64,000 nucleotides of DNA from Bdellovibrionales bacterium (GTDB taxonomy: Bacteria; Bdellovibrionota; Bdellovibrionia; Bdellovibrionales; UBA1609). This document shows, in pieces, positions 49,443-60,800 of the stretch (its first letter is position 1; every line of letters begins with the position of its first letter). Position numbers and translations under genes: made by a program. The stretch covers positions 1,696,001 through 1,760,000 of the forward strand of contig OZ241877.1 in NCBI GenBank assembly GCA_965203095.1. The letters run 5' to 3'. Under the pieces are notes generated by a model. That model did not search any database. It was not told where the DNA came from and was given only the letters and a program-made list of their open reading frames with translations.

Positions 49443-49966
49443 GATAAAGCTCCTTACTTTTAAGTCATTTTTTTAGAAGGTTTTAAAGACAGCCTTCTTC
49501 CTTGTCAAGTCATTGTCAAGTCATTTTAATCTTTTTTTGAAAAAGAAAGATCATTTAAGTTTGGTTCATGGTGACTTAAGCTGGCTTTTATGATAGCTAA
49601 CTTATTGGAATCACTATGAAGAATAGGCATTTTAGTAGGTTTTTGGAGGGAAATGGCATGTCACACGAAGTATTCCAGGGTCGCAAAGCAGTTAAGGCTT
49701 TAGTCCCCATGTTTTAAGCCCCTCCAGTGGCCTGCTCTTTTTTGATTTTTATGTGCCCTATAAGCCTTGTTTTTTTGGGTTTTTAGCTGAAAATTTAAAA
49801 AATCCGGCATTAAATCAAAAAAAAGCCTTGATTTTGAGCTTTCTAAAAAATAGAATGGCAAAGGCTAATAGGTCTTAAGTTTTTTATATTTTTTAAAAAA
49901 CCAAAGACATAAAAACTATAAAACTCAATTTTGAGTATCCGGTGCTTGAGTATGAACAGGTTGAAT

Positions 49967-50326
49967 ATGAACAAAACATGCTTTTTTCTCGTCCCGATTT
50001 TTGTGTTTTTCACCTTTTTTGCTACTGCACAAACTGCCAAAAAAACAAAACCAGCAAAAGCTTCTTCCACTAAAGAGGGAGCTGTAGAGGAGGAATCTTT
50101 TGTCCCTTCCCTTTCAGAAACTATAAGCGATAATCATCGGTTAAAAAGCAAAATCAAGAGGCAGTTGGCTCGTGAGTGGTCTTCTGATTCCTCTAAGGGG
50201 GAAGGCCATTTAAAAAAATCCCCCTCTTCTTCTGCACAAACTGCCCATTTTGGTGATTTTGAAATCGATATATCTGAGAGGAAACAAGAAGAGGAGTTAA
50301 CTCATAATAAAAAAAAGAGACGATAA
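49967..50326 (+). CDS. Secreted hypothetical protein (start uncertain)
   Basis: Signal-peptide-like MNKTCFFLVPIFVFFTFFATA. Confidence 0.55.
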   Translation: MNKTCFFLVPIFVFFTFFATAQTAKKTKPAKASSTKEGAVEEESFVPSLSETISDNHRLKSKIKRQLAREWSSDSSKGEGHLKKSPSSSAQTAHFGDFEIDISERKQEEELTHNKKKRR

Positions 50327-50458
50327 AGTTTTTTTGCTCTCTTTTTGTTTTTCGGAAAATTATAAGAGACTCTCTTCCCTAAAGTCTAAAAAAACTATTT
50401 TGTTCTATTTTAAAGGCCAGTAGGTAAAAAATTCGCCCCCATATTCCTTAAAGTTGTT

Positions 50459-51094
50459 ATGAATAATTTTGTTTTACTGCTTTTCCTGCTCTATCTGCCT
50501 TTAGCGGAATCTTTAGAGAAAGAGGCTCCTTGTGATTTTTTTGGGCAAAACCAGATATATTCTAAAAGCTATAAATTTAAAAATCCTTTAAGTTTCTCTA
50601 CCCAGATCAACAAATGGATTGAAGAGAGCCTTTCCCATGTTCAAAAAAACAATCAGTCACAGTGCCCTTCCTCTTGTAAGCAGATCAACAGGTATCAGGT
50701 CTCATCAAAAATTTACCCTAAGAGTGTAATTAAAGGCAGTTGCCGTGGGCAACAACTGAAGGAATCTTACTCCTTCACCAAACACTTCCCTTATAAAAAA
50801 GATAGAGAGTCTATGAAGATGGCCCATCACAAAATGACAGAATGGATCCTCTCCACATTCACTTATCCCTTTTATTCTATACCTCTTTTAGAGCCCAGTC
50901 AAGAATCTGTTGAAAAAAACGTTGCCTCCGCCTGCCCCTCTTGCTCTTTTTATCTCAAATACAACTATAAATACAGTGAAGAGGGCCAACTGGATCTCCA
51001 AATAAAAACATTTTGTGGGGACAAAAGGCAACTTTTATCTACTTTTGTGGCAGAGTTTGTTTTGTTTAACAACTGGAGCTGTTCAAAAAAATAA
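50459..51094 (+). CDS. Secreted Cys-containing hypothetical protein
   Basis: Signal peptide; CPSSC and CPSC motifs. Confidence 0.65.
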   Translation: MNNFVLLLFLLYLPLAESLEKEAPCDFFGQNQIYSKSYKFKNPLSFSTQINKWIEESLSHVQKNNQSQCPSSCKQINRYQVSSKIYPKSVIKGSCRGQQLKESYSFTKHFPYKKDRESMKMAHHKMTEWILSTFTYPFYSIPLLEPSQESVEKNVASACPSCSFYLKYNYKYSEEGQLDLQIKTFCGDKRQLLSTFVAEFVLFNNWSCSKK

Positions 51095-51144
51095 GCCCTA
51101 TCAGTTCACTTGACAAAACTTTTAAACTTTATTTATATCATGTT

Positions 51145-51426
51145 ATGACTTCTTTTTTTGTTTCAGAAAGCTTTTTACATATCAAAAAGGAGAGAGAGCG
51201 GGGCCAAGCTCTTAAAAAAACTCGTTGGTGGAGGGAGAAGATCCAAAAGGGAATCTGTTATCACTGCGAAAGGGCCTTCCCTCAAAAAAATTTGACAATG
51301 GATCACCTGCAACCTTTATCGCGAGGGGGGAGAACGGGGAAAAACAATGTGGTGGTGTCTTGCAAAAAGTGCAACAGCCAAAAATCTTTCAAAACTTTAG
51401 TCGAGTTGAGATTGAAAAAACCTTGA
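51145..51426 (+). CDS. Small HNH endonuclease-family protein
   Basis: CYHC...TMDHLQPLSRGG...NVVVSCKKCNSQK. Confidence 0.9.
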   Translation: MTSFFVSESFLHIKKERERGQALKKTRWWREKIQKGICYHCERAFPQKNLTMDHLQPLSRGGRTGKNNVVVSCKKCNSQKSFKTLVELRLKKP

Positions 51427-51493
51427 AAATCAGGCATACATAAACAAACTTTCCTACCCTGACTTCGCCTTAAAAAGGGGGACAGCTTAAAGC

Positions 51494-53218
51494 ATGGCCT
51501 TTGCACAAAAAATCACAAAATCCAGCACGGCGGAATACTTTGCTAAGAATTTACAGCAAGTGGGTTTTTCTTCCTCCACAAAAGCGGTTTTAACCACTTT
51601 AAAAGAATCTGTAGATAACTCCTTAGACGCTTGTGAAGATGCTGGCATTGCCCCTCATATAAAAATTCAAATTAAGAAAAGAGGGCCAGGCACTTCCAAA
51701 AACACAGATCAGATATCTGTTGTTGTGGAGGACAACGGCCCCGGCTTAGAGGAGGCGGATATAAAAAAAGTTTTTGGAGAGTATTTGGCTTCTTCAAAGT
51801 TTGGGCGGGGTCGCCCATCACGAGGGCAACAGGGGATTGGCATCTCAGCGGCCACCACTTGGGCACAACTCACTAACGCAAAAGGGGTTTATGTTGTTAG
51901 CAAAACCAAAAAGATGAAAAAGGCTGTTGCTGTAACAGTGAATATGGACATTAAAAACAATAAAGGCATTTTAAAAGGCAAAAAAAATGTAGATATAGAT
52001 AAGGAGCATGGTTTGAGGGTAGAATTTTTAATTGATGGTAGAATTCAGCTAAAAGGTGATGGAGGGCTTTTAACTTATTTGGAGGGGACAGCTCTGGTTA
52101 ATCCTCATGTAGAGATAGAGTATCAGCTATTGGATCAAAAACCTTACAAGATCCCCCCTGTAAGCACTACTGTCCCTCGGATCCCCATGGCCACTCTCCC
52201 GCACCCTTATACTATGAAGTTAGGGGAGTTTTTTCATCATATTGGACTTTATGGCCGGACCACTTTAAAAAAATTTTTAAAAACAGCCTTTTCCCGTGTG
52301 ACAGACAATAGCCTCAAACAAATGATCCAAGAGGGATTGAGTGAGGCCCTTTTAGATAAGCCTTTAACAGGTATTGGGGAGGCGGATCGCAAAAAAATCT
52401 TTTCCATTCTTCATAAAATTCCCATAGCTAACCCTTCCACAAAGTCTGTTTTATCTGTAGGGGAGGAGGCTTTAGCAGAAAGTGTCCATCGCCTGGGAGA
52501 AATTGACTTTTTTAGTGTGGTCACCAGAAAGCCCAGAATATGCGATTACAAATCCGTTGTGGTGGAAGTGGCTATAGCCAGGTTAAAGGAAAAGGTTCGG
52601 GAGGAGGAGTCTGTTCAGCTCTTGAGGTTTGCTAACCGGGTCCCTTTGCAGTTTGACAAATCCTCTTGTGCTATTACTAAATCGGTGGAGTCGGTCAACT
52701 GGAGGGCTTATGGTCTTTCTCAATCAAAAAAATCCTTACCCACAGGGCCTTATGTGTTTGCTGTATCAGTCACATCCCCTTTTATAAAATTCAAAAATGC
52801 CTCTAAGGAGACTATAGACGCCAGTGAAGAGTTAGTGGAGGAGATTCGTCTTAGCCTTATGCAGACCGGGCAGAAGTTAAAAAAACATATCCGGAAGGAA
52901 AAAAACACAGAAGATCTTTTAAGAAAAAAGCAGTATATAGAAAAATTTGCCCCTATTTTAATTCGCAAGATAAAAGACATCACCGGTGCGGGGAAGAAGG
53001 ATATGGATAAAGGGGAAAAAGGGCTTTATGCTATTCTATCAAAAGATGCGGAAAAGGCGGAAAGAGCTTTAGGCGAAGCCAGAGTTCAGTTAGAGGAAAT
53101 GAAGGCTAAAAGAAAGCAAAGGCTAACTTCTTTTGAATCGCCTAAAGGGAGGACTCTTCAAAAAAACCCTCAAAACAATGAAGATGAACAAAAGCAGTTT
53201 GAGGGATTAGAAAGGTAG
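51494..53218 (+). CDS. top6B: DNA topoisomerase VI subunit B
   Basis: AEYFAKN.QQVGF, KESVDNSLDA, EDNGPG, SRGQQGIGIS, RFANRVPL, SKETI. Confidence 0.95.
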   Translation: MAFAQKITKSSTAEYFAKNLQQVGFSSSTKAVLTTLKESVDNSLDACEDAGIAPHIKIQIKKRGPGTSKNTDQISVVVEDNGPGLEEADIKKVFGEYLASSKFGRGRPSRGQQGIGISAATTWAQLTNAKGVYVVSKTKKMKKAVAVTVNMDIKNNKGILKGKKNVDIDKEHGLRVEFLIDGRIQLKGDGGLLTYLEGTALVNPHVEIEYQLLDQKPYKIPPVSTTVPRIPMATLPHPYTMKLGEFFHHIGLYGRTTLKKFLKTAFSRVTDNSLKQMIQEGLSEALLDKPLTGIGEADRKKIFSILHKIPIANPSTKSVLSVGEEALAESVHRLGEIDFFSVVTRKPRICDYKSVVVEVAIARLKEKVREEESVQLLRFANRVPLQFDKSSCAITKSVESVNWRAYGLSQSKKSLPTGPYVFAVSVTSPFIKFKNASKETIDASEELVEEIRLSLMQTGQKLKKHIRKEKNTEDLLRKKQYIEKFAPILIRKIKDITGAGKKDMDKGEKGLYAILSKDAEKAERALGEARVQLEEMKAKRKQRLTSFESPKGRTLQKNPQNNEDEQKQFEGLER

Positions 53219-53257
53219 AAGGATATTTGAGAGATAAAAAACAAAAGGAGGTCATCA

Positions 53258-54433
53258 GTGGCTCAATCCAAACAAAGCCTGTTTAAAAACCGGCCCAAAA
53301 AAAACATTCCCCATCGCTCAAAAAAACTCTGTGGGGATATGTTAAAAAAACTCCAGCAAAAAAAGCCACCTGTTCTTCAGGCCGTCAAATGCACTTTAGA
53401 TAACGCACTTTATGATTCTAAAAAAGGTTATCTTGTTCCTAAAGGAAAAAAGGTGGCCTCTGAGTTGAATGTCTCTTCAGTGCAAAAAATTTCCAGAAGT
53501 TTATTTCTTTTAGATATTCTTCTGGGGAATATTCGCTCCGGTGCTGTCAATACCAAGCGTGAGATTTATTATATAGCTAAGGGGCTTATCAAGTCAGACA
53601 GCTTTTATAAACCTTTAGATTTTGACAGCCAAAGTGATAGCGATTCTATTATTGATTTTATTTGCGATATGTTTGAGGTCTATCGTGAGGAAATGAATTG
53701 CTTTGCCAACGACCGAGGGGGGCAAACCTACTCTAAAAACCTGGTTGTCACAGAGTTTTTAGATGATGGGACTAAAGCGGTTGTGGATTTAAGCCTTTTA
53801 GGCACAAGCCCTTTTCAGCCTAAAAATAAGCCTCAGCAATTTAAATTAAAAGCCAAAAAGGGGAAGATTGATTACTGCTTAGTTGTGGAGTCAGAAGGCA
53901 CTGCCAACACTTTAGTTGCCAACGGTATGACTAAACGAAACAACTGCATTGTGATTGGTGCACAGGGAGTCCCCAGCAATGCGGTTAGGGGCTGGTGCCG
54001 GACCATTCAAAACCAGCTAAAGATTCCCATTTATTTTTATGGCGATTTAGATGCCTACACCCTGCAAAATATTTATCGCACTTTAAAAGCTGGTTCTGCC
54101 AGCAGTTTGATCCGGAACAGTGACTTTAGTGCACCGGAAGTTCATTTTTTAGGTCTTTTGCCTGAGGATGTAAAAAAATATGATCTTTACTGTTATGAGG
54201 TTTCCGATAAAGACGCCTCAGAGCTTAGAGCCTTAAAAAAAGCACGGGATGTTTTAAAAAATGACCCTTTCTTCCAAAACCGAAAAAACAAGGCACTGGC
54301 CAAGGTTTTAAAGTGGCTGATAAAGGAGAAACTCCGTTGTGAGCAACAGTCAGTGTTTTCTATCAACCCTAAAAATCCCAGGATTTTAGAGGAATTTTTA
54401 GTTGAAAAAATTAAATCCAAGTCTTATATTTAA
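53258..54433 (+). CDS. top6A: DNA topoisomerase VI subunit A (Spo11-like)
   Basis: TKREIYY catalytic Tyr region, F.SQ.DSD, TOPRIM motifs VVESEG and YGDLDAY. GTG start after GGAGG. Confidence 0.93.
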   Translation: MAQSKQSLFKNRPKKNIPHRSKKLCGDMLKKLQQKKPPVLQAVKCTLDNALYDSKKGYLVPKGKKVASELNVSSVQKISRSLFLLDILLGNIRSGAVNTKREIYYIAKGLIKSDSFYKPLDFDSQSDSDSIIDFICDMFEVYREEMNCFANDRGGQTYSKNLVVTEFLDDGTKAVVDLSLLGTSPFQPKNKPQQFKLKAKKGKIDYCLVVESEGTANTLVANGMTKRNNCIVIGAQGVPSNAVRGWCRTIQNQLKIPIYFYGDLDAYTLQNIYRTLKAGSASSLIRNSDFSAPEVHFLGLLPEDVKKYDLYCYEVSDKDASELRALKKARDVLKNDPFFQNRKNKALAKVLKWLIKEKLRCEQQSVFSINPKNPRILEEFLVEKIKSKSYI

Positions 54434-54478
54434 TCTCTATGAAGGCGGGTGGGATGAGCCTGCTAATGAATGAATTTT

Positions 54479-54554
54479 GCTGGGTTGGCTCAACTGGTAG
54501 AGCAGCTGATTTGTAATCAGCGGGTTGGGGGTTCGAGTCCCTTACCCAGCACCA
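54479..54554 (+). tRNA. tRNA-Thr(TGT)
   Basis: Acceptor GCTGGGT/ACCCAGC, anticodon arm GCTGA-TTTGTAA-TCAGC, encoded CCA. Confidence 0.96.
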
Positions 54555-54593
54555 TGTAATATATAAAAGGAGGCTTTTTTTGCCTTCACACAA

Positions 54594-54679
54594 GGAGAGA
54601 TGCCCGAGTGGTTAAAGGGGGCGGTCTGTAAAATCGCTGGCTTATGCCTACGTAGGTTCGAATCCTACTCTCTCCACCA
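54594..54679 (+). tRNA. tRNA-Tyr(GTA)
   Basis: Acceptor GGAGAGA/TCTCTCC, CTGTAAA anticodon loop, long variable arm, encoded CCA. Confidence 0.96.
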
Positions 54680-54710
54680 TTTTTTTAGTAGTTTGTGAAA
54701 AAGTCTATAA

Positions 54711-54793
54711 TTTAATAGATCGCATAAGCAAAAGTCCAGCTTGTTCGCGGGAAAAATACCTTGGGCCCTCACCGCTGGCTTTTGCTTATGCGA
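54711..54793. repeat. Dispersed hairpin repeat, family A (second copy 63288-63348)
   Basis: Perfect 15-bp stem TCGCATAAGCAAAAG/CTTTTGCTTATGCGA. Isolated arms also occur at 24508-24528, 40381-40401 and 57446-57468. Confidence 0.85.
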
Positions 54794-54828
54794 CAGAGGG
54801 CAAAGGTTTTTCACGGGCGACTATTTAG

Positions 54829-55689
54829 TCATAGATTGATTTTTAAAATAGCTTTTTTTTCCTGAAGAAATAAATAGGTTTGTTGGCCCAATGGAAGGGG
54901 AAGGTTAGGGCGAGCATGCCCACAAGATAAACCATAAATCAAAGGTATGGGGCAGATATCAGAAAAGTTTTTCAAAACTTTTTTTAGGGAATGGGCTGGC
55001 AAAGGCGAAAAGTGGCCAAAAAGAATGGCTTTTGTGGATTTTAAAGTGCCGGAAAAAAACAGATGGCATAGCATGCGATCCAGTTTGTCGGTTCTCTCAT
55101 TCACATCCTCCACAAATAAAAAATGAGGGCCAAAATGGCGGAGCCAGGGTGTGCCTACAGAGGTGGAAAGGAGAGTTAAATTCCCCCCCACAAGCCGGGC
55201 TTTTAAAGTTTGCTCTGTTGTGGTTTTTATGGGTTTTAGCTTAAAAGCCCATTCCTTTTTTTGCCCCAGCAAAAGCTTTTTTAAAGAGGAAAGCTCATTT
55301 TTTGAGAGCTTGCTCAGCTCGCAAATCATAGGGGCATGCACTGTTTTTACCCGCTGGCTGTTCAAAAAAAAATGCATAGCTGAGCTGTCGCTATAGCCAA
55401 TAAAAATTTTTTGTTTTTTTAGGGGGTAGTTTTTAATAAAAGAGGGCATAAGTTTTTGCAAGCCATTCCCCCCCCGGATGGCCCATACAGCAGAGGAATC
55501 CTCATTGGAGAATGCCTGATTTAGAAAGAGCGATTGTTTCTGAAAACTGTTTTTTTTGGAAAAACCTCCCCTTGCATAGCGAGGTCTCAAGCCCCAACTT
55601 TGCAAAATTTTAAGCCCCTCTGTCCATTGGCTATTGTATGGAGGAGAGGAAGGGGCCACAATATCGATACAGTCACCTGACTTCAACAT
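54829..55689 (-). CDS. ldcA: LD-carboxypeptidase (peptidase S66)
   Basis: IVAPSS, AIRGG, IGYSD, GGNL, FVEDV, CGH. Confidence 0.92.
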   Translation of the reverse strand: MLKSGDCIDIVAPSSPPYNSQWTEGLKILQSWGLRPRYARGGFSKKNSFQKQSLFLNQAFSNEDSSAVWAIRGGNGLQKLMPSFIKNYPLKKQKIFIGYSDSSAMHFFLNSQRVKTVHAPMICELSKLSKNELSSLKKLLLGQKKEWAFKLKPIKTTTEQTLKARLVGGNLTLLSTSVGTPWLRHFGPHFLFVEDVNERTDKLDRMLCHLFFSGTLKSTKAILFGHFSPLPAHSLKKVLKNFSDICPIPLIYGLSCGHARPNLPLPLGQQTYLFLQEKKAILKINL

Positions 55690-55715
55690 GGATTACATGA
55701 TTTAGGGGGGTGGAT

Positions 55716-57131
55716 TTATTCCTCCCCACTGGGAGAACCACCGTTGCCACTACCATTGCCACTGCCACCACTACTGCTTTCTTCCTCAATAGGTGCGTAT
55801 CTTATACGAGGGTATTGAGATTGACCTGTGCCAAACAGACTACATAAAACAGGATAAAGATCACTATCGCAATCGGCCACATCATCTAAGTCCAGGAGAT
55901 CATTGCACTGTAAAAATTCATCCTCTAAAATGGAACGATCTTCATATTCACATTCATCCCCCTCTTCTCCCTCCACATCGGGATCGGAAGTGTCATTTCC
56001 GCCATCGGCATAAAACTGGCTAAATTCTTCCATAGTGTTCCACTCACGGATCATCAGCCTTATCCCATGAACCAGCTCCCCGGCTTCATCTAAGCAGTCA
56101 AACTCAAAAAATAACCTGGGAATGGCTTTATAATTCCCCGGCTGTAAAAAATGAGGGAGATCATCTCTATTAACTGATCTCAAATCATCTAACTCCTTAT
56201 CTAAAGCCTTAAGATAATTGGCATAAGGGGCACTGCTGGAGGCATAACCTGTGACATTGCTACCGCCCTCCACAAATCGACCTATAGATTGGTTCCCGTT
56301 AACTTCAACCAAATTTCTAAAGCTTATAGTTTGCCTAAACCCCCCTTCTGGAAGAGGGGTAATTACCCTCCGTGTGGCCTGATCAACATCTGAAAAGTTA
56401 GAGGTCACAAAAGCCGGCCCACCAAAACATTCCGGATCAGGTTCCCATATACTCCCATCTGTTTTTCTTCCTCCAAAGCAACATTTAGGAATCCCTGTAT
56501 TACCTCCTACACCACAAAGATTTTCCTCATCGGAAACATTACATCCAGCACAACTACCGTATCCACTGCTAACACTATTATCACAATAGCCACTTTCCCC
56601 TTGGTTCTCTGAACCTTCTTGATTGCTGGAAGGTTTGGTGCATTCTCGCACTACAGGCCCTGGCTGAATAGGATAATTAAAATGCCAAGGCAAGGCCACC
56701 ACGGCATCCTTGCACATGCCTTCCGGAAAGTTATAAACTAAGTGAAACTCTGTGACCACAAACAGCCACTCCGGGACATCTAAAACACAAAAAAGGACTT
56801 CTGTCCAATCTCCACTGCTTGCAGAATCCTCATCCGGTTCAATATACTCTATTTCACAGTTAGAGGGGCTATCTCTTGAAATGGAATCGCCATATCTCTC
56901 ATTAGTGCTGATCTCATAATAAGGGACTACCAGATTTTCGCTCTCATACTGTTGAACATCTAAGTCCACATACATGAGTTCTGAATCTGAGGGCAGATAA
57001 TCAGAACCTATAGAGGGGAGATGAAACATAGTATCCACCCCACTGATATTTAAGTAGCAGGCCGGGGCTGAAAAGAGCAAAAAGCACAAAAACAAAAACT
57101 TTGTGCGAAATCTCCTAACCATTAAAACCAA
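55716..57131 (-). CDS. Acidic, Cys-rich hypothetical lipoprotein
   Basis: Hydrophobic leader ending APAC and a Gly/Ser tail. Exact start uncertain. Confidence 0.65.
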   Translation of the reverse strand: MVLMVRRFRTKFLFLCFLLFSAPACYLNISGVDTMFHLPSIGSDYLPSDSELMYVDLDVQQYESENLVVPYYEISTNERYGDSISRDSPSNCEIEYIEPDEDSASSGDWTEVLFCVLDVPEWLFVVTEFHLVYNFPEGMCKDAVVALPWHFNYPIQPGPVVRECTKPSSNQEGSENQGESGYCDNSVSSGYGSCAGCNVSDEENLCGVGGNTGIPKCCFGGRKTDGSIWEPDPECFGGPAFVTSNFSDVDQATRRVITPLPEGGFRQTISFRNLVEVNGNQSIGRFVEGGSNVTGYASSSAPYANYLKALDKELDDLRSVNRDDLPHFLQPGNYKAIPRLFFEFDCLDEAGELVHGIRLMIREWNTMEEFSQFYADGGNDTSDPDVEGEEGDECEYEDRSILEDEFLQCNDLLDLDDVADCDSDLYPVLCSLFGTGQSQYPRIRYAPIEEESSSGGSGNGSGNGGSPSGEE

Positions 57132-57344
57132 AATAGAACCTCCTAATAAATGGCCCCAATGAGCATAAAAAAGGAAAACACAGACACTCTGGTTCTTTAA
57201 GCTTTATGCTATAATAACTTCAAAAAAATCCTTATGAGAGAGCTATGGAGCTAAAACTGGACCAAAGTTGCAGTCATTTCGTGAAAAGGGGAATCCAGAA
57301 AGCTCTGTATCTTTTTATAAAGCTTGTTAAATAGGCTATTCTTT

Positions 57345-57418
57345 AGTTTCTTTGTCCAAAGGCCAGCCCATTTCGGGATGGAATACTTTGGACCCTCATG
57401 GTGTGGCCTTTGGACAAA
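57345..57418. repeat. Dispersed hairpin repeat, family B (second copy 62698-62773)
   Basis: Perfect 15-bp stem TTTGTCCAAAGGCCA/TGGCCTTTGGACAAA. Confidence 0.85.
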
Positions 57419-57810
57419 CACAGTTAAAAAAATAGTTTCTCACAATTTTGCTTGTGCGATCTATTAAATGTAGCCTTTTTCACTGGCGATTAATTACAGG
57501 GGGTTAAATGACGAGGCTTGTCATTTTTACAAAAAAGGCACAAAAAACTCAAGTAAAGGATAGGGACTTCAATTTAGAGAGCTTTCCCCTTCCTTTAGAC
57601 AATGTTTTTGCCAATACAAGTTCACTTGTTTTGAGCTGAAAATTTACAATTTATTAAAATTTTTTATGTAAGACATAATTTTTTCTCTCAAGACTGACTT
57701 TTTAAACATCTCTTTAAAGCTTAAATAACAAAAATTTATTAGTTTTAGGAATTGAGTCTATTTTTATGATATAATTCATGTTAGGCAACAACAATCATAA
57801 AGGAGGGCTT

Positions 57811-60800
57811 ATGTTGAAACTTCATGTGTTTTTTCTCATCCTGACGGGGTGGATACTGGCCTCTTGCACAACCGAGACAGCCGTTGTCAATCAAAGCGAG
57901 TTGAGTCAAATAGTGAGTCAAGCCGAAACAGGAAAAAAACCGAGTGAAATATCAGAAGAAGTGCGAAAAGTGATCCAAAACCGATGTATCAACCGGCAGT
58001 TTAGGCAAGGCGATGCGGAAAATTTATACGGTAGAGAATGTATTGAAGGGAAACAAATTCTCATCCAAAGCTCTAAAACGGGGAAAGAAGTCCCCACATT
58101 CACTGTCACCAGTTCAAATAAAGACCTTGGCATAGAGTTAGAAGGGGATTTGGATTTCACCAATAAATTTCATAAACTTTCATACACAATTTCTAAAGAC
58201 AAAGGTAGTGACAAAACTATCCCTTGGCTGAGAGACTTACTTCCTGAAAACATAGATTTTTTAGGCCGTCCGGACACAAGTTATTCCATTGTTTTTAAAA
58301 TTCAAGGAGATTATTTGGTCCTCTTTAAATCTTCTGAAAAACAAAATCATCTGCCCTATACTGAGAGAACTTCTATGTCAAAAGAAGGCGATCTTTATAT
58401 GGTCCCTTTTATTGGTTATCCCATTCAATACTGTCACCCCCGTTTGCAAAAGGACGAAGATGGGGAGGAAAAATGGCTCAGTGAGTCCAACTGTGGGACC
58501 AACCAACCCGCAGAATCTGCAGAATACATATCCTTTTCAAAAGACAATAGACAATTTTATAAATATTTACCAAAAAATAACCTTTTCCCTTCCAATTATT
58601 TTGAAGGGCGATGGATTTTTGCCCAAAGCCCTATTGAAACCCCTAACATGCAAGAAGTGTCCCCCTTTACAGCTTTTATAGTGGATATGGAAAAGATGTC
58701 CAGCCAGTTAAACATTCGGAATGTCAGTGGAGATATTGATGAGAACCGTCAAAAAATCTTGCGACAAATCCCTGTGGAGTGGCTCAGTTTTGAAATGGAT
58801 CGAGATGGGGACAGTTGGGGGCAGTTTGGGGAAAGAAAAACCAAACATAGCACTGTTTCAGATATTGAAAAACCCTATTTGAGAATCAAATTTGAAAATA
58901 TGCAAGGCTTGTCCCCAGGGGAGAGTATTGAGAACTATATAGTAGTCCCCGGGCAAAAAGCGGATATTGTAAAAATAAAGCTCTCACAAGATGGGTTTTC
59001 TTATGTTTTTGAACAGGCTATACAAGGGCCTTGTAAGCGAAACACAACAGGGCAACCTGTATGTGAATCTGACGAAAAAGTGGATGCAAAAATCAGATAT
59101 TCTTTTTTGAGGGAAAAGGCTTTGGATCAAGAGGGCTTTGTTCCCAGACGCTGGTTTAGGGATGAGCATGATCATATTTTTGGTGTAATTCCCGCATTCC
59201 CTCAAAAAGATTTTAAAATGGGGGAAACTTCTGAGATAGATAGATTAGACCATGCCCGGATGATGCGTTTTAATCTCTCTCTTAATAGTCCGGAGGAGAA
59301 GAGCAGTCGAACTAAAGAAATCGTTTGGCATTTTTCAAAAAACTCTACAAAGGATTCAGAGTATAGAGAGCTTTTTAGGCAAGCTGTTGCAACTTACGAC
59401 AGAGCTTTTGAAATCATTATGGAAGGATCGGGCAAAAAAGTTCGTGTCCTTTTAGATGAGACAGAAGAAAGGGATCTGGGAGATCTTCAGGCCAATGTTC
59501 TGAATGCAGTGCACACAGGGATAGTCTCAAACACTGGTCTTATTGGCATGGCACCTTCCTACATACATCCCGAAACAGGACAAACTATTGGCACCACAGT
59601 GAATGTTTACATACAAAATATAGAGCAAATCTATATCAATAAAGTAAAAGACTATATACGGTATGAGATTTTTCAAGCTGATAAAAAAGGGGGAGTATCA
59701 CCTGTAAGCCCCTATTTAATAGGTAAAATTCAAGAACAGTGTGAGCAGTGTTCCCCCTGCCCTGAGGTGGACGCCTTCATTAGACAAAAAAAGCGGAGCG
59801 GAGCAGAACCAAGGGATTACCTTGATGACAAAGAAATAACTGTTTCTTGTGGCAAAAAAATAGCCAGAGAGTATATATTGGCCAACATTATTCATGAAAT
59901 GGGACACAGTTTTGCATTAGGGCATAATTTTAAAGGTTCTGTGGATAAAGACAATTACTATCAATCTATAGACGAACTTAAAGAATACTTTCCTACTGCT
60001 CAGGCAAAAAATGTGACTAAGTTATCCAGTGCCATGGATTACTCTCCATCAGATGCCCCGGAAATAACAGTCCTTGGAAAATATGATTTGGCCGCCTTGA
60101 GATTTATCTATAGGGATCAGGTAGAGACAAAAGACGGAACTTGGACTTCTCTAAGTATAGACCCTCTTGATCCGGCAAAACATCAAATGATTGATGAAAA
60201 CCTAATTTCAAACATGAAAAGCTACCAGCACTGTTCCGATTTTGTTGCTCAAAAGGAAAGACAACAAGATTTTTTATGTGTATGGCATGATTATGGTTCT
60301 AATCCTGAAGAAATAGTCAATGGCTATGTCGAAAAAGTGAAGAGGATATTTAGTAAAAGATATCGCTATGATTTAGATAATTTTGATTTTTTAAAGAGGA
60401 ACCAAACAGTTCCTCTCATGGTAGATTTTTATGTTAGGCATATCTTAAATTTTTATAGTCAATGGCTTTCATATAGAAACAAGTATCTACAAGCCACAAA
60501 TAACTTAGATAAAGTAAAATTTGTTTTAAACAGCGAAGAGGCACTGGAACAATACCACTCTGTCCTTCAAGAAGGCTTGGAACAAAAACAGGATACGGAA
60601 TACGCACTCTATTACCCCATAAGGGAAATAGTCCCTCCCTTCATTATGGACTTCCTTTTTGCCTCATCCATGAAATGCAAAGTTCAACAAGGGGAACAGG
60701 TTTGGACATTAAATTTGGAATCCATAAGAAAGTATTTGGTTGATGAACACCATGAAAATCTGTATGTGGAAGACTGCTACTCTCCTATGATAACTGATTT

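Noticed and set aside
49640..49740. Possible c-di-GMP-I riboswitch (GGGTCGCAAAGC)
   Set aside because: The upstream GGCAAA / GAAA-tetraloop stem could not be found. An Rfam covariance search would be needed.
54411..54593. 60-aa minus-strand ORF
   Set aside because: Antisense to tRNA-Thr.
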